From Actinobacteria bacterium UBA7524 (lineage in GTDB: Bacteria > Actinomycetota > Coriobacteriia > Anaerosomatales > UBA912): a stretch of DNA of 64,000 nucleotides. The translations under genes were made by a program, and so were the position numbers. Under the pieces are notes generated by a model. That model worked only from the letters and a program-made list of their open reading frames with translations. It did not search any database and was not told the origin of the DNA. This document shows positions 34,690 to 44,134 of the stretch, piece by piece. The stretch spans positions 26,347 through 90,346 of the forward strand of contig DLMY01000053.1 in assembly GCA_002478275.1 (NCBI GenBank), written 5' to 3'. Positions within the stretch are counted from its first letter, which is position 1; the number at the start of each line of letters is the position of its first letter.

Positions 34690-36032
34690 CACGTGTCGTC
34701 GCGCTCATCGACGGGGAACACTACCCGCCGGTCGTCCGGTTCGCCCTTGCGAGCCTTTCGCATGAGTATCAGGTCGATGCCGCCGTGTTCATCGGAGGCA
34801 CCGAGAAGGTCGACCTCGAGCGCGGGCTCGATACCTACGGCGTGCCGGTCGTCACCGCCGGGACGCCCGAGCAGGCGATACGCGACGCGATCGAGCGCTA
34901 CGAGCCCAACGCGCTCGTGGACCTCTCCGACGAGCCGGTCGTCTCGAGTGCAGACCGCTTCAGGCTCGCAAGCGTCGCGCTGTCGCTTGGCGTGGACTAC
35001 CGGGGCGCCGACTTCTCTTTCACGCCGCCTCGTGCGCGCCTGACGACCGCCACCCCGGCGCTCGGGCTGATCGGTACCGGTAAGCGCGTGGGCAAGACCG
35101 CGATATCGGGTTACGTGGCGCGGGCGCTGACCGAGGCCGGGCGCGACATCTGTGTGCTCGCGATGGGACGCGGCGGGCCTGCGGAGCCCGAGCTCATCCA
35201 TGGCGAGAAGGTCAAGCTGACCACCGCCGACCTGCTCGAGCTGGCCCGTCAGGGCAAGCACGCGAGCAGCGACAACTACGAAGACGCGGTGATGAGCCGT
35301 GTGACCACCGTCGGCTGCCGCCGTTGTGGCGGCGGTATGGCTGGCGAGACCTTCTTCTCCAACGTACCCGAAGGCGCCCGCCTGGCCGATTCTCTGGGCA
35401 AGGAGCTCGTGATACTCGAGGGCTCCGGCGCTGCGATCCCTCCCGCACATGCCGACGCGAACATCCTGGTGATCGGCGCGGGCAGGGGTGTGAGCTACGT
35501 GCGCGACTACTTCGGCCCGTACCGCCTGGGACTCGCCGATCTCGTCATCATCGCAACCGCCGAGGAACCCGTCGCCTCTCCTGCAGACGTAGCGGAGATC
35601 CGCCGGGCGGTCGACGAGCTGGCGCCCGGCATGCCGTGTATCGCCACCACGTTCCGGCCGTGTCCGGTCGAGCCGGTGGAGGGCAGGAGGGTGTTCTTCG
35701 CCACCACCGCTCCGGCCGAGGTGCTTCCGAAACTCGCACAGCACCTTGAGGAAGCGTACCGCTGCACGGTAGTGGGCACGAGTCCGCACCTCTCGAACCG
35801 CGCCAGGCTGCGCGAGGACATGGCGGCGGCTCATGGCGAGTACGACCTGCTTCTGACCGAGCTCAAAGCGGCTGCCATCGACGTTGTGGCTCAGGTGGGT
35901 GACGAGACAGGGATTCCCACGGTCATGTGCGACAACGTCCCCATCCCGCTCGATGCCGGAGTCGATCTTTCCTCGGCGGTCGTGGAAGCGGCCGGGAAAG
36001 CGATCGAACGCGGCATGGCAAGGAGAACCTGA
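34686..36032 (+). CDS. cpgS: cyclic 2,3-diphosphoglycerate synthetase-like P-loop protein
   Basis: The N-terminal VALIDGEHYPPV motif, P-loop GTGKRVGKTA and a length of about 448 aa match my recollection of the archaeal CPGS family. ATGA overlap with the upstream gene. Confidence 0.6.
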   Translation: MTRVVALIDGEHYPPVVRFALASLSHEYQVDAAVFIGGTEKVDLERGLDTYGVPVVTAGTPEQAIRDAIERYEPNALVDLSDEPVVSSADRFRLASVALSLGVDYRGADFSFTPPRARLTTATPALGLIGTGKRVGKTAISGYVARALTEAGRDICVLAMGRGGPAEPELIHGEKVKLTTADLLELARQGKHASSDNYEDAVMSRVTTVGCRRCGGGMAGETFFSNVPEGARLADSLGKELVILEGSGAAIPPAHADANILVIGAGRGVSYVRDYFGPYRLGLADLVIIATAEEPVASPADVAEIRRAVDELAPGMPCIATTFRPCPVEPVEGRRVFFATTAPAEVLPKLAQHLEEAYRCTVVGTSPHLSNRARLREDMAAAHGEYDLLLTELKAAAIDVVAQVGDETGIPTVMCDNVPIPLDAGVDLSSAVVEAAGKAIERGMARRT

Positions 36033-36033
36033 A

Positions 36034-36963
36034 TTGAGCTCCGAGATCCCCAGGCAGATCATCATCTCCGACAAGCGGCACGGGCTCCCGTTCTCTAAAG
36101 GGTTGCTGGCGCAGTCGTTCATGGCCACCGGTCTGGGGCCGGGGCGGGCGTACGAGATCGCCGCAGCCATCCAGAACGACCTTCGAGAGGCCGAGGAGTA
36201 CTCGATCACCGTGAAGCGTCTTCGCACGCTGGCCAAGGAGTACCTCGAGCGGATAGCGGGCGAGCAGTACGCGGTCCGCTACGAGCGGCTGCACGAGGTC
36301 TCGAAGCTCGACAAACCGCTCATCGTCATGCTCGGCGGGACGACGGGGGTCGGCAAGTCGACGATCGCTACGGAAGTGGCTCACCGGTTGGGTATCACGA
36401 GAATCGTTTCCACGGATTCCATTCGGGAGGTCATGCGTGGTATCTTTAGCAAAGACCTCATGCCCGCGATCTACGAAAGTGCGTTCAACGCATGGCGAGG
36501 TCTCCGAGTCCCGGTGCCGCACGGCGCAAACCCTGTGATCGTCGGATTCCGCGAGCAGACGGCTGTCGTGACCACAGGTGTGCAGGCGCTGATCGACCGC
36601 TCGGTACTCGAGGGGGACAGCCTGGTCCTCGAAGGCATCCACCTCGTGCCCGGATATATCGAACCGCGGCAGTTCAAGAATGCGCGGGTCGTGCAGCTTG
36701 TCATCACCGTGGATGACGAAGACGCTCATCGGAGCCACTTCTATATCCGAGAGGTCCAGACCGACGGCATGCGCCCGTTCGAGCGTTACCGGTCGAACTT
36801 CGGCAACATCCGCCTGCTCGGTCATTACATAGAGGACCTGGCCCGCGAACACGGGACCCCCGTGCTCACGAGCCATCAGCTGGACCTGACCGTGTCAGAC
36901 GTACTCGAGCACATAGTGGACGCGGCCATGCAAGAGGACATGGATACAGGCTGCGAGGCCTGA
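36034..36963 (+). CDS. 2-phosphoglycerate kinase-like protein (ATP-cone-like N-terminus plus P-loop kinase)
   Basis: TTG start 8 nt after AGGAGA. GLPFSKGLLAQS, LGGTTGVGKSTIATEVAHRLGI..IVSTDSIREVMR and LEGIHLVPG are typical of COG2074 2PGK. Confidence 0.6.
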   Translation: MSSEIPRQIIISDKRHGLPFSKGLLAQSFMATGLGPGRAYEIAAAIQNDLREAEEYSITVKRLRTLAKEYLERIAGEQYAVRYERLHEVSKLDKPLIVMLGGTTGVGKSTIATEVAHRLGITRIVSTDSIREVMRGIFSKDLMPAIYESAFNAWRGLRVPVPHGANPVIVGFREQTAVVTTGVQALIDRSVLEGDSLVLEGIHLVPGYIEPRQFKNARVVQLVITVDDEDAHRSHFYIREVQTDGMRPFERYRSNFGNIRLLGHYIEDLAREHGTPVLTSHQLDLTVSDVLEHIVDAAMQEDMDTGCEA

Positions 36964-36999
36964 ACCGAGTCCCGGGACGCAACAAGGAGGCAATCGCAG

Positions 37000-37662
37000 G
37001 TGAAGTTCTTTCTGGATACCGCCAACATCTCTGAGATCGAAGAGGCCGCCAGTTGGGGTGTGCTCTCGGGGGTCACGACGAACCCGACGCTGTACGCCCG
37101 GGAGGGCGGCAGACTCGCCGATTTCCACGACCACATAGTCAGGATCTGTGAGATCGTCGACGGACCCGTCTCGGCCGAGACGGTCTCGCTCAAGCGCGAC
37201 GAGATCGTTGCCGAGGGCGTCGAGCTGGCAGCGCTCCATCCCAACGTGGTCGTCAAGGTGCCCACCATGCCTGAGGGGCTCGCAGCGACCAAGGCGCTGT
37301 TCGAGAAGGGCATCAAGGTCAACATGACGCTGTGCTTCACGGTGCCCCAGGCGCTGCTCGCGGCCCGGTCGGGCGCGGCGTTCATCTCTCCGTTCATCGG
37401 GCGTTTCGATGACATCTCGGAAGATGGCTCCGAGCATCTGGCCAACGTGGTACATGCACTGGACAACTACGACTTCGGCCACAAGGTCGAGGTCATCGCG
37501 GCCTCGGTCCGGCACCCGGAACACGTGCTGCAGGCGGCGCTGATCGGCGCCGACATCGCCACGGTACCGATGGCGACCCTGGAGAAGTGCGTGAAGCACC
37601 CGCTGACCGACCGCGGACTCGAATCGTTCCTCGCCGACTGGGAGAAGGTCAAGAACTCATGA
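37000..37662 (+). CDS. tal: transaldolase (type 3B) / fructose-6-phosphate aldolase
   Basis: KFFLDTANISEI, VTTNPTL, the KVP (Schiff-base Lys) and SPFIGR motifs. 220 aa. Confidence 0.9.
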   Translation: MKFFLDTANISEIEEAASWGVLSGVTTNPTLYAREGGRLADFHDHIVRICEIVDGPVSAETVSLKRDEIVAEGVELAALHPNVVVKVPTMPEGLAATKALFEKGIKVNMTLCFTVPQALLAARSGAAFISPFIGRFDDISEDGSEHLANVVHALDNYDFGHKVEVIAASVRHPEHVLQAALIGADIATVPMATLEKCVKHPLTDRGLESFLADWEKVKNS

Positions 37663-39014
37663 GCGCAAGACCCCGCAAACGTGGACGCCGTGGTGGTGGC
37701 GGACAGCACGACGCACCACCCAAGCCTTCCGTCACCCGCCCCGATCTCGAGGCCAAGACGGTAGCCGAGCTCAAGGAGATGGCGACCGAGCTCGCCCTCG
37801 ACCTCAAGGTGCTGAAGAAGAAAGACGAGCTGATCGATGCGGTGCTCGAGGCCAAGGTCAAGGCCGAAGGCTTCATCGAGATCAGTGGCATCCTCGACAT
37901 ACTGCCGGAAGGCTATGGGTTCATCCGCACGAGCGGGTACCTGCCCGGCGACCGCGACGTCTACTGCTCGATGTCGCAGATCCGCAAGTTCGACCTGCGC
38001 CGGGGGGACAAGATCGTCGGCCAGGTGCGCCCGCCCAAAGACAACGAGAAGTACTCCGCTTTGCAGCGGGTCGACACCGTCAATGAGGTGACGATCGACC
38101 AGGCCCGCGGCCGCAAGCGGTTCGGCGACCTGACGCCGGTCTATCCGGACCAGCGTCTGCGCCTGGAGCACGGCGCCGACCACATCACCGCACGGGTCAT
38201 GGATCTCGTGGCTCCGATCGGCAAGGGCCAGCGCGGTCTGATCGTCTCCCCGCCGAGAGCGGGCAAGACCACCGTCCTGAAGGACATCGCCGCGTCCATC
38301 ACGGCGAACGACCCGGACGTCTACCTCATGTGCCTGCTCGTCGACGAGCGTCCCGAGGAAGTCACAGACATGGAGCGTTCGATCCATGGGGAAGTGGTCT
38401 CCTCGACGTTCGACATGCCCAGCGAGAACCACATCGCGGTGGCCGAGCTCGTGATGGAGCGTGCCAAGCGCCTGGTGGAGACCGGCTACGACGTGGTCAT
38501 CCTGCTCGACTCGATCACGCGTCTCGCCAGGGCGTACAACCTTGCCACTCCCGCATCCGGCCGCATCCTTTCCGGCGGCGTGGACTCCACGGCGCTGTAC
38601 CCGCCCAAGAAGTTCTTCGGTGCCGCGCGAAACATCGAGAACGGCGGTTCGCTCACCATCCTTGCGACTGCTCTGGTCGAGACCGGCTCGAAGATGGACG
38701 AGGTCATCTTCGAGGAGTTCAAGGGCACCGGCAACATGGAGCTGCGCCTGGATCGTTCGCTCGCGGATCGCCGCATCTTCCCGGCCATCGACGTCATCAC
38801 CTCCGGTACGCGCAAAGAGGAGCTGCTGCTCGAACCGGTCGAGGCGCCGTTCGTGTGGGGCCTGCGTCGCATCCTTCACGGAGTGGACTCCGCGGAACGT
38901 GCGATGGACATGCTGATCAAGGGTCTCAAGCAGACCAGCAGTAACCAGGAGTTCCTCTCCAAGATGGCCAAGCGCGCAGAAGACAAGCGGCACACCAACG
39001 GGATCGACCTCTAG
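37659..39014 (+). CDS. rho: transcription termination factor Rho
   Basis: Arg/Gly-rich N-terminus, the RNA-binding GFIR segment, and Walker A PPRAGKT. ATGA overlap with tal. Confidence 0.93.
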   Translation: MSARPRKRGRRGGGGQHDAPPKPSVTRPDLEAKTVAELKEMATELALDLKVLKKKDELIDAVLEAKVKAEGFIEISGILDILPEGYGFIRTSGYLPGDRDVYCSMSQIRKFDLRRGDKIVGQVRPPKDNEKYSALQRVDTVNEVTIDQARGRKRFGDLTPVYPDQRLRLEHGADHITARVMDLVAPIGKGQRGLIVSPPRAGKTTVLKDIAASITANDPDVYLMCLLVDERPEEVTDMERSIHGEVVSSTFDMPSENHIAVAELVMERAKRLVETGYDVVILLDSITRLARAYNLATPASGRILSGGVDSTALYPPKKFFGAARNIENGGSLTILATALVETGSKMDEVIFEEFKGTGNMELRLDRSLADRRIFPAIDVITSGTRKEELLLEPVEAPFVWGLRRILHGVDSAERAMDMLIKGLKQTSSNQEFLSKMAKRAEDKRHTNGIDL

Positions 39015-39100
39015 TCGCGGTCCCGACCGCGTGCTATCCTACTGCGGCTGTCTGCGCTCGGTCGGAAACCGAGCGCGCGTGATGAAAGAGGTGACCGTTC

Positions 39101-39589
39101 GTGCGTCAGGGAATCCATCCCGACTACGTCGAGGCAAACGTGCACTGCTCGTGCGGTAACACGTTCAAGACCCGCTCGACCAAGTCGGACCTTCATATCG
39201 AGTTGTGTTCCGCGTGCCACCCGTTCTACACGGGCAAGCAGAAGTTCGTCGACACCGGTGGTCGTGTGCAGCGCTTCTCCGACAAGTTCGGCAACGCCGC
39301 GACCAGCGTGCTCGAGCGCGAGGCCGCCGAGCGCGAGGCGCGCCAGAAGGCCGCTGAAGAAGCCGCCGAGGAGACTCGCAAGGCCCGCGAGGCCAAGGAG
39401 TCCGAGCGCGCAGCTCGCGCCGCCAAGTTCGAGACCAAGGCGGCCGTGGAGTCGGGCGAGGCGAAGGCGGATGTCGTCGAGGTACCGGCCGAGGAGGCCG
39501 CTGTCGAGGACGCCGCCGTCGAGGACGCCCCCGAAGCGGCAGAGGCGCCCGGGACCGAGGCCGTAGCCGAGGAGACCACGGAAGCGTAG
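39101..39589 (+). CDS. rpmE: 50S ribosomal protein L31 (Zn-ribbon type) with a C-terminal Ala/Glu-rich extension of about 90 aa
   Basis: GIHPDY...CSCG...[21 protein letters not shown] is canonical L31. The remaining 90 aa are low-complexity. Confidence 0.9.
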   Translation: MRQGIHPDYVEANVHCSCGNTFKTRSTKSDLHIELCSACHPFYTGKQKFVDTGGRVQRFSDKFGNAATSVLEREAAEREARQKAAEEAAEETRKAREAKESERAARAAKFETKAAVESGEAKADVVEVPAEEAAVEDAAVEDAPEAAEAPGTEAVAEETTEA

Positions 39590-39632
39590 TCAGGCGCCTC
39601 TCCAGGACCGGACGCGCATCATTGGTATCATT

Positions 39633-39661
39633 GAGGAGGCGGGCTTGCTCGCCTCCTTTTC
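39633..39661 (+). terminator. intrinsic terminator after rpmE
   Basis: GGAGGCG-(8 nt loop)-CGCCTCC stem, directly followed by TTTTCG. Confidence 0.7.
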
Positions 39662-39713
39662 GTATCGCACAGCGGGCCCGCACGGCCCGGGAACCGGAAG
39701 GTCGCCTCGCGAC

Positions 39714-40397
39714 ATGGACGTACGCCTCCTGTCCCACACGCCCGAACCCGAGCGCGCCGTCGCCGTGGCCGCGCGCCTGTGCTATGCGCCGGTCGGCGCC
39801 GCAGAGCTCATGGACGCGATGGAGGCCGAGGCGGTCACCCGCATCCTCAAGACCATCATGACCTCGGGGCACCTCTCCGCCCTCGAGCACGCGAGCTACA
39901 CGTTCGCCATCGACGGCGTATCGCGCGCGCTCACCCATCAGCTCGTACGGCATCGCCTCGCGAGCTACAACCAGCAGTCGCAGCGCTACGTCTCTTATGC
40001 CGAGGAACCCTCGTTCATCGTGCCGCCCGAGGTGGAAGGCGACGAGCGGCGGCGTCAGGTGTTCCTCGGCGCGTGTGATGATGCGTTCCGTTCGTATCGC
40101 GAGCTGATCGAGGCCGGAGTGGCGGCCGAGGACGCGCGCTACCTGCTGCCCAACGCGATGGAGACCAAGATCGTCGTGACGATGAACGTGCGCGAGTTGC
40201 TGCACTTCTTCGAGCTGCGGTGCTGCAAGAGGGCGCAGTGGGAGATACGCGAGCTGGCACTGCGCATGCTTGGACTGGCCGAACCGACGGCGCCGTACAT
40301 CTTCATGGACGCGGGAGCATCGTGCCGACGCGGACCGTGCCGCGAGGGTAAGATGACGTGCGGCGACCCCTATCCGAAGGCACCCAAACGTGACTGA
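39714..40397 (+). CDS. thyX: FAD-dependent thymidylate synthase ThyX
   Basis: RHRLASYNQQSQRY ThyX signature and AQWEIR. ATG at 39714, downstream of the rpmE terminator. Confidence 0.9.
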   Translation: MDVRLLSHTPEPERAVAVAARLCYAPVGAAELMDAMEAEAVTRILKTIMTSGHLSALEHASYTFAIDGVSRALTHQLVRHRLASYNQQSQRYVSYAEEPSFIVPPEVEGDERRRQVFLGACDDAFRSYRELIEAGVAAEDARYLLPNAMETKIVVTMNVRELLHFFELRCCKRAQWEIRELALRMLGLAEPTAPYIFMDAGASCRRGPCREGKMTCGDPYPKAPKRD

Positions 40398-41511
40398 GAA
40401 CAAAGGTACCGATACACCAGCGCACTGCTGTGGACCCGAGATGGACTGCTGTGGAGTCGATACCGCCGAGCGCGAGCCCGAGGCGCACGACTGCGAGCCA
40501 CAGGGCGTGCAGTGCGGCGGAGTGCAGCATACGCACATCGGCGGGCAGGCCGTGCTCGAAGGCGTGATGATGCGCGGCAAGAAGAACTGGGCGGTGGCGG
40601 TCCGGGTCCCTGACGGCTCGATACATGTCGAGGACCACGACCTCAAGACCGCGGTCACCGAGCGCCCGTGGCTCGGCAAGCCGATCATCCGCGGGGTGTG
40701 GGGCTTCTACGAGACGATCGTGCTGGCGCTCAAGGCGTTCGAGATATCCGCGTCCCTTGCCGGCGAGACCGAAGAAGAGCAGCTTTCGGCGAAGGAGATC
40801 GCGTTCGCGATGTTCATGGGCGTCGGGCTGGCGGTGCTGCTCTTCATCATCCTGCCTGCGGTGGCGACGAACTTCATGGTCGGCCCTGCCACCGAAAGAC
40901 CGTTCCTGTGGAACGTCGTCGACGGTGTGCTGCGGCTCGTGGCGTTCTTCCTCTACATATGGGCGGTCAGCAGGATACGCGACATCCAGCGGGTGTTCGC
41001 CTATCACGGTGCCGAGCACAAGACCATCCACGCATTCGAGAACGGTCTGCCGCTCGAGGCACCGGTGATCCAGCGCTATTCCACCCAGCACGTGCGGTGC
41101 GGCACCTCGTTCCTGTTGATGGTGATGGTGATCGCGCTCTTCGTGTACTCGGTCGTGCCGGTCAAGTCGGTGGCGGGGCTGATCGGCGTGGAGGGGCGTG
41201 TCCCGGAGCTGCTCGTGGCGATCGCGATCCGCCTGCTGTTCCTGCCGCTCATCGCGGGACTCGCCTACGAGGTCATCAAATGGGCGGGCAAGTCGCCGGA
41301 GAAGCCGCTCATCCGCGTGCTGCTCTGGCCCGGTCTGCAGCTTCAGCGCATGACGACGCGCGAGCCCGACGAGGACATGATCGAGGTCGCCGTCGCCGCG
41401 ATGCGGCGAGTGGTCGACCGCGAAGCCGGGGTCGTGGCCGAGCCGGCGACGGACGCTGCGGTGGAGCCGGAGGCCACGGTGGAGCACGCGCCAGACGTCG
41501 CGGTAAGCTGA
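40390..41511 (+). CDS. DUF1385-family membrane protein (the family commonly found upstream of prfA/prmC)
   Basis: GGQAVLEGVMMRG and YHGAEHK motifs plus TM segments. GTGA overlap with thyX. Confidence 0.75.
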   Translation: MTENKGTDTPAHCCGPEMDCCGVDTAEREPEAHDCEPQGVQCGGVQHTHIGGQAVLEGVMMRGKKNWAVAVRVPDGSIHVEDHDLKTAVTERPWLGKPIIRGVWGFYETIVLALKAFEISASLAGETEEEQLSAKEIAFAMFMGVGLAVLLFIILPAVATNFMVGPATERPFLWNVVDGVLRLVAFFLYIWAVSRIRDIQRVFAYHGAEHKTIHAFENGLPLEAPVIQRYSTQHVRCGTSFLLMVMVIALFVYSVVPVKSVAGLIGVEGRVPELLVAIAIRLLFLPLIAGLAYEVIKWAGKSPEKPLIRVLLWPGLQLQRMTTREPDEDMIEVAVAAMRRVVDREAGVVAEPATDAAVEPEATVEHAPDVAVS

Positions 41512-41518
41512 TCCCGAG

Positions 41519-41968
41519 ATGGGTGACGGCTTCCTCCAACGGCTCAAGCCCAGGGCGAGCGCACGGGTCCAGCTCGTGCTCGCAGGCACGCTGTGGTTCA
41601 TCGCTGCAGCAATCCTTGGTTCGCGAGGCGCACTGTGGCTTGCCGAGGAACCCGGTTGGTTGTGGATGGCTGCCGTCGCTCTGGTCGCCGGTCTCGTGAA
41701 GGCACGATACCTTCTCGGACCCGTCGCCAGACGCGCGGCGGCTCGCATCGTCGCGCGAGGCAGGGACCGGTGTGCGGGAGGCTTTCTGTCGTGGCAGTCA
41801 TGGCTGCTCGTGCTGGCGATGGTCGCCGGCGGCCATGCACTCCGTCTCACCGCGACGCCACGATGGGTCCTGGCGATGCTGTACGTGGCTGTCGCGACAG
41901 CGCTCCTCGTCGGCGGGAGTATCTACTGGCGAGGCGTCGCGGGTTCGAGCGGCCCCGCCGAGACGTAG
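41519..41968 (+). CDS. hypothetical 4-TM membrane protein
   Basis: The hydrophobic periodicity is consistent with coding. No family was recognised. Confidence 0.4.
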   Translation: MGDGFLQRLKPRASARVQLVLAGTLWFIAAAILGSRGALWLAEEPGWLWMAAVALVAGLVKARYLLGPVARRAAARIVARGRDRCAGGFLSWQSWLLVLAMVAGGHALRLTATPRWVLAMLYVAVATALLVGGSIYWRGVAGSSGPAET

Positions 41969-42127
41969 GGACCGAGGCGGTGCCCGCTGCCCCTGGACCC
42001 ATGAAGCGCGTCCCCGTCAGCCGTGGTACAGTACCTCCCTGGGCGCGTCGGTCCGCTACCCGTGGATCCTGGCCGACGCCCTCATCCGTGCCTACCGGTT
42101 CAGATATCGGAAAGACCTGGTTAAGTC

Positions 42128-43201
42128 ATGCGTGAGAAGCTCAAGCAGATACTCGACAGCTACAACGAATTGACCCAGCGCCTGGGTGATCCGGCCGTGC
42201 TCTCGGACCAGAAGGAGTATGCGAGGCTCGCCAAGGAGCACCGTTCGCGCATGCCGCTGGCGACCAAGGCCGAGGAGTACCTGGCGGCGTGCGATCGTCA
42301 CGACCAGGCCAAGGAGATGCTGAAGACGGAAAGCGATCCCGACATCAAGGAGATGGCTTCGGAGGAGATGCAGGAGATCGAGTCCCGGCTTCCGGAGATG
42401 GAAGACGAGCTCAAGATCATGCTTCTGCCCGGAGACCCGAACGATGACAAGGACATCATCGTCGAGATACGCAGCGGCGCCGGGGGCGACGAGGCTGCGA
42501 TCTTCGCCGGCGACCTGTACCGCATGTACCTGCGCTACGCCGAGACCCAGAAGTGGAAGACCGAGGAGATCGATGCCAGTGAGAGTGAGACTGGCGGCTA
42601 CAAGGAGGTCTCGTTCCGGGTGCGCGGCGACAAGGTCTATTCGAAGATGAAGTTCGAGTCCGGCGTGCATCGTGTACAGCGCGTACCTGTGACCGAATCG
42701 CAGGGACGTATCCACACGTCGACGGCGACCGTCGCGGTGCTGCCCGAGGCCGAGGACGTGGAGATACAGATCAACCCCAACGACCTGCGAATCGACGTCT
42801 ACCGCTCGAGCGGCCCCGGTGGTCAGTCCGTCAACACGACCGACTCCGCCGTGCGCATCACCCATCTGCCGACCGGTCTGGTGGTCCAGTCCCAGAACCA
42901 GAAGTCGCAACTTCAGAACCGCGAGGCCGCGATGCGTGTCTTGCGCGCACGCCTGTACGAGCAGGAGATCGAGCGCCAGCAGGCCGAGATGGGCGCCCAG
43001 CGCCGCAGTCAGATCGGCTCCGGTGACCGCTCCGAGAAGATCCGCACGTACAACTACCCCCAGGACCGCGTGACGGACCACCGTATCGGCCTGAGCATCC
43101 ACAACATCCCCGGCATCATGGCGGGCGACATCGACCAGCTCATCGACGCACTGGCCGCGGCGGACCGCGCCGAGCGTCTGGCGCAGGTCGCTGAAGCCTG
43201 A
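42128..43201 (+). CDS. prfA: peptide chain release factor 1
   Basis: The [14 protein letters not shown] motif and the PVTESQGR (PxT-type) tripeptide region. Confidence 0.95.
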   Translation: MREKLKQILDSYNELTQRLGDPAVLSDQKEYARLAKEHRSRMPLATKAEEYLAACDRHDQAKEMLKTESDPDIKEMASEEMQEIESRLPEMEDELKIMLLPGDPNDDKDIIVEIRSGAGGDEAAIFAGDLYRMYLRYAETQKWKTEEIDASESETGGYKEVSFRVRGDKVYSKMKFESGVHRVQRVPVTESQGRIHTSTATVAVLPEAEDVEIQINPNDLRIDVYRSSGPGGQSVNTTDSAVRITHLPTGLVVQSQNQKSQLQNREAAMRVLRARLYEQEIERQQAEMGAQRRSQIGSGDRSEKIRTYNYPQDRVTDHRIGLSIHNIPGIMAGDIDQLIDALAAADRAERLAQVAEA

Positions 43202-43214
43202 GAGCCTGAGCCCC

Positions 43215-44105
43215 ATGGTCGCGTCCGAGCAGTCCTGGACCGTGAAGTCCGCGCTTGACTGGACCGTCTCCTACCTGGAGCGCAACGGCGTCGAGCATCC
43301 CCGACGTAGCGCACAGTGGTTGCTGTCTGCGGCCACTGGCTTGTCGCGCGTGGAACTGTACGTCCATCATGATCGGCCGCTGACTCAACAGGAGCGCGAC
43401 GTGTTGCGCGACGGCGTCAAACGCCGTGCCGCAGGCGAGCCGTTGCAGTACGTGACCGGGGAGATGCCGTTCCGTCATATCGTGGTGAAGGTCGTCCCGG
43501 GCGTGTTCATACCGCGCCCCGAGACCGAGACGCTGGTCGAGGAAGGACTGGAGTTTCTGCGAGCGCACGGCGGGGACGAGCCGCTGGTGGTCGACCTGTG
43601 CACCGGGTCCGGGTGTGTGGCGTGTTCTGTCGCCCACGAGTACTCCTCGGCACGTGTCCATGCCGTCGACGTATCGGATCTCGCGGTCGGGACCGCGCGG
43701 GAGAATGCGGAAAGGATCGCAGTCGGGGAAAGAGTCTCGGTCTGGGAAGGAGATCTGACCTCGCCGCTACCGGGTGCACTTCGCGGGAGGGTGGACGTCG
43801 TCCTCGCGAACCCGCCGTACATACCTAGTAGCGACATGGATGAGCTGCCCGAAGAGGTCGCCGGATTCGAGCCGCATCGTGCGCTCGATGGTGGCGCCGA
43901 TGGGCTGGACATCGCGCGGCGGATCATGCGCGAAGCGGCGATCCTGCTCCGGCCCGGCGGGCTGCTGGCCATGGAACTTGACGAACGGCGGGTCGAAGAT
44001 GCTGCCAAAGTCATGGAACAGTGGTATGAACAATGTAGAACGGTGCGGGATCTTGCGGGACGCCTCCGAGTGGCCACCGGACGGCTTCGCGAGAGTCCCG
44101 ACTAG
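43215..44105 (+). CDS. prmC: release-factor glutamine N5-methyltransferase PrmC
   Basis: DLCTGSG SAM motif and NPPY catalytic motif. It follows prfA. Confidence 0.9.
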   Translation: MVASEQSWTVKSALDWTVSYLERNGVEHPRRSAQWLLSAATGLSRVELYVHHDRPLTQQERDVLRDGVKRRAAGEPLQYVTGEMPFRHIVVKVVPGVFIPRPETETLVEEGLEFLRAHGGDEPLVVDLCTGSGCVACSVAHEYSSARVHAVDVSDLAVGTARENAERIAVGERVSVWEGDLTSPLPGALRGRVDVVLANPPYIPSSDMDELPEEVAGFEPHRALDGGADGLDIARRIMREAAILLRPGGLLAMELDERRVEDAAKVMEQWYEQCRTVRDLAGRLRVATGRLRESPD

Positions 44106-44134
44106 GGCAGGCCGACCGATCGGAGGCGGTTACC

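Noticed and set aside
34647-41850. Series of very long minus-strand ORFs (34647-36236, 37467-38993, 39165-40688, 40303-41850) antisense to cpgS, rho, rpmE/thyX and DUF1385
   Set aside because: These are the same high-GC artefact: low-complexity R/G/H/D-rich translations with no recognisable domains, and the sense-strand genes carry strong family signatures.
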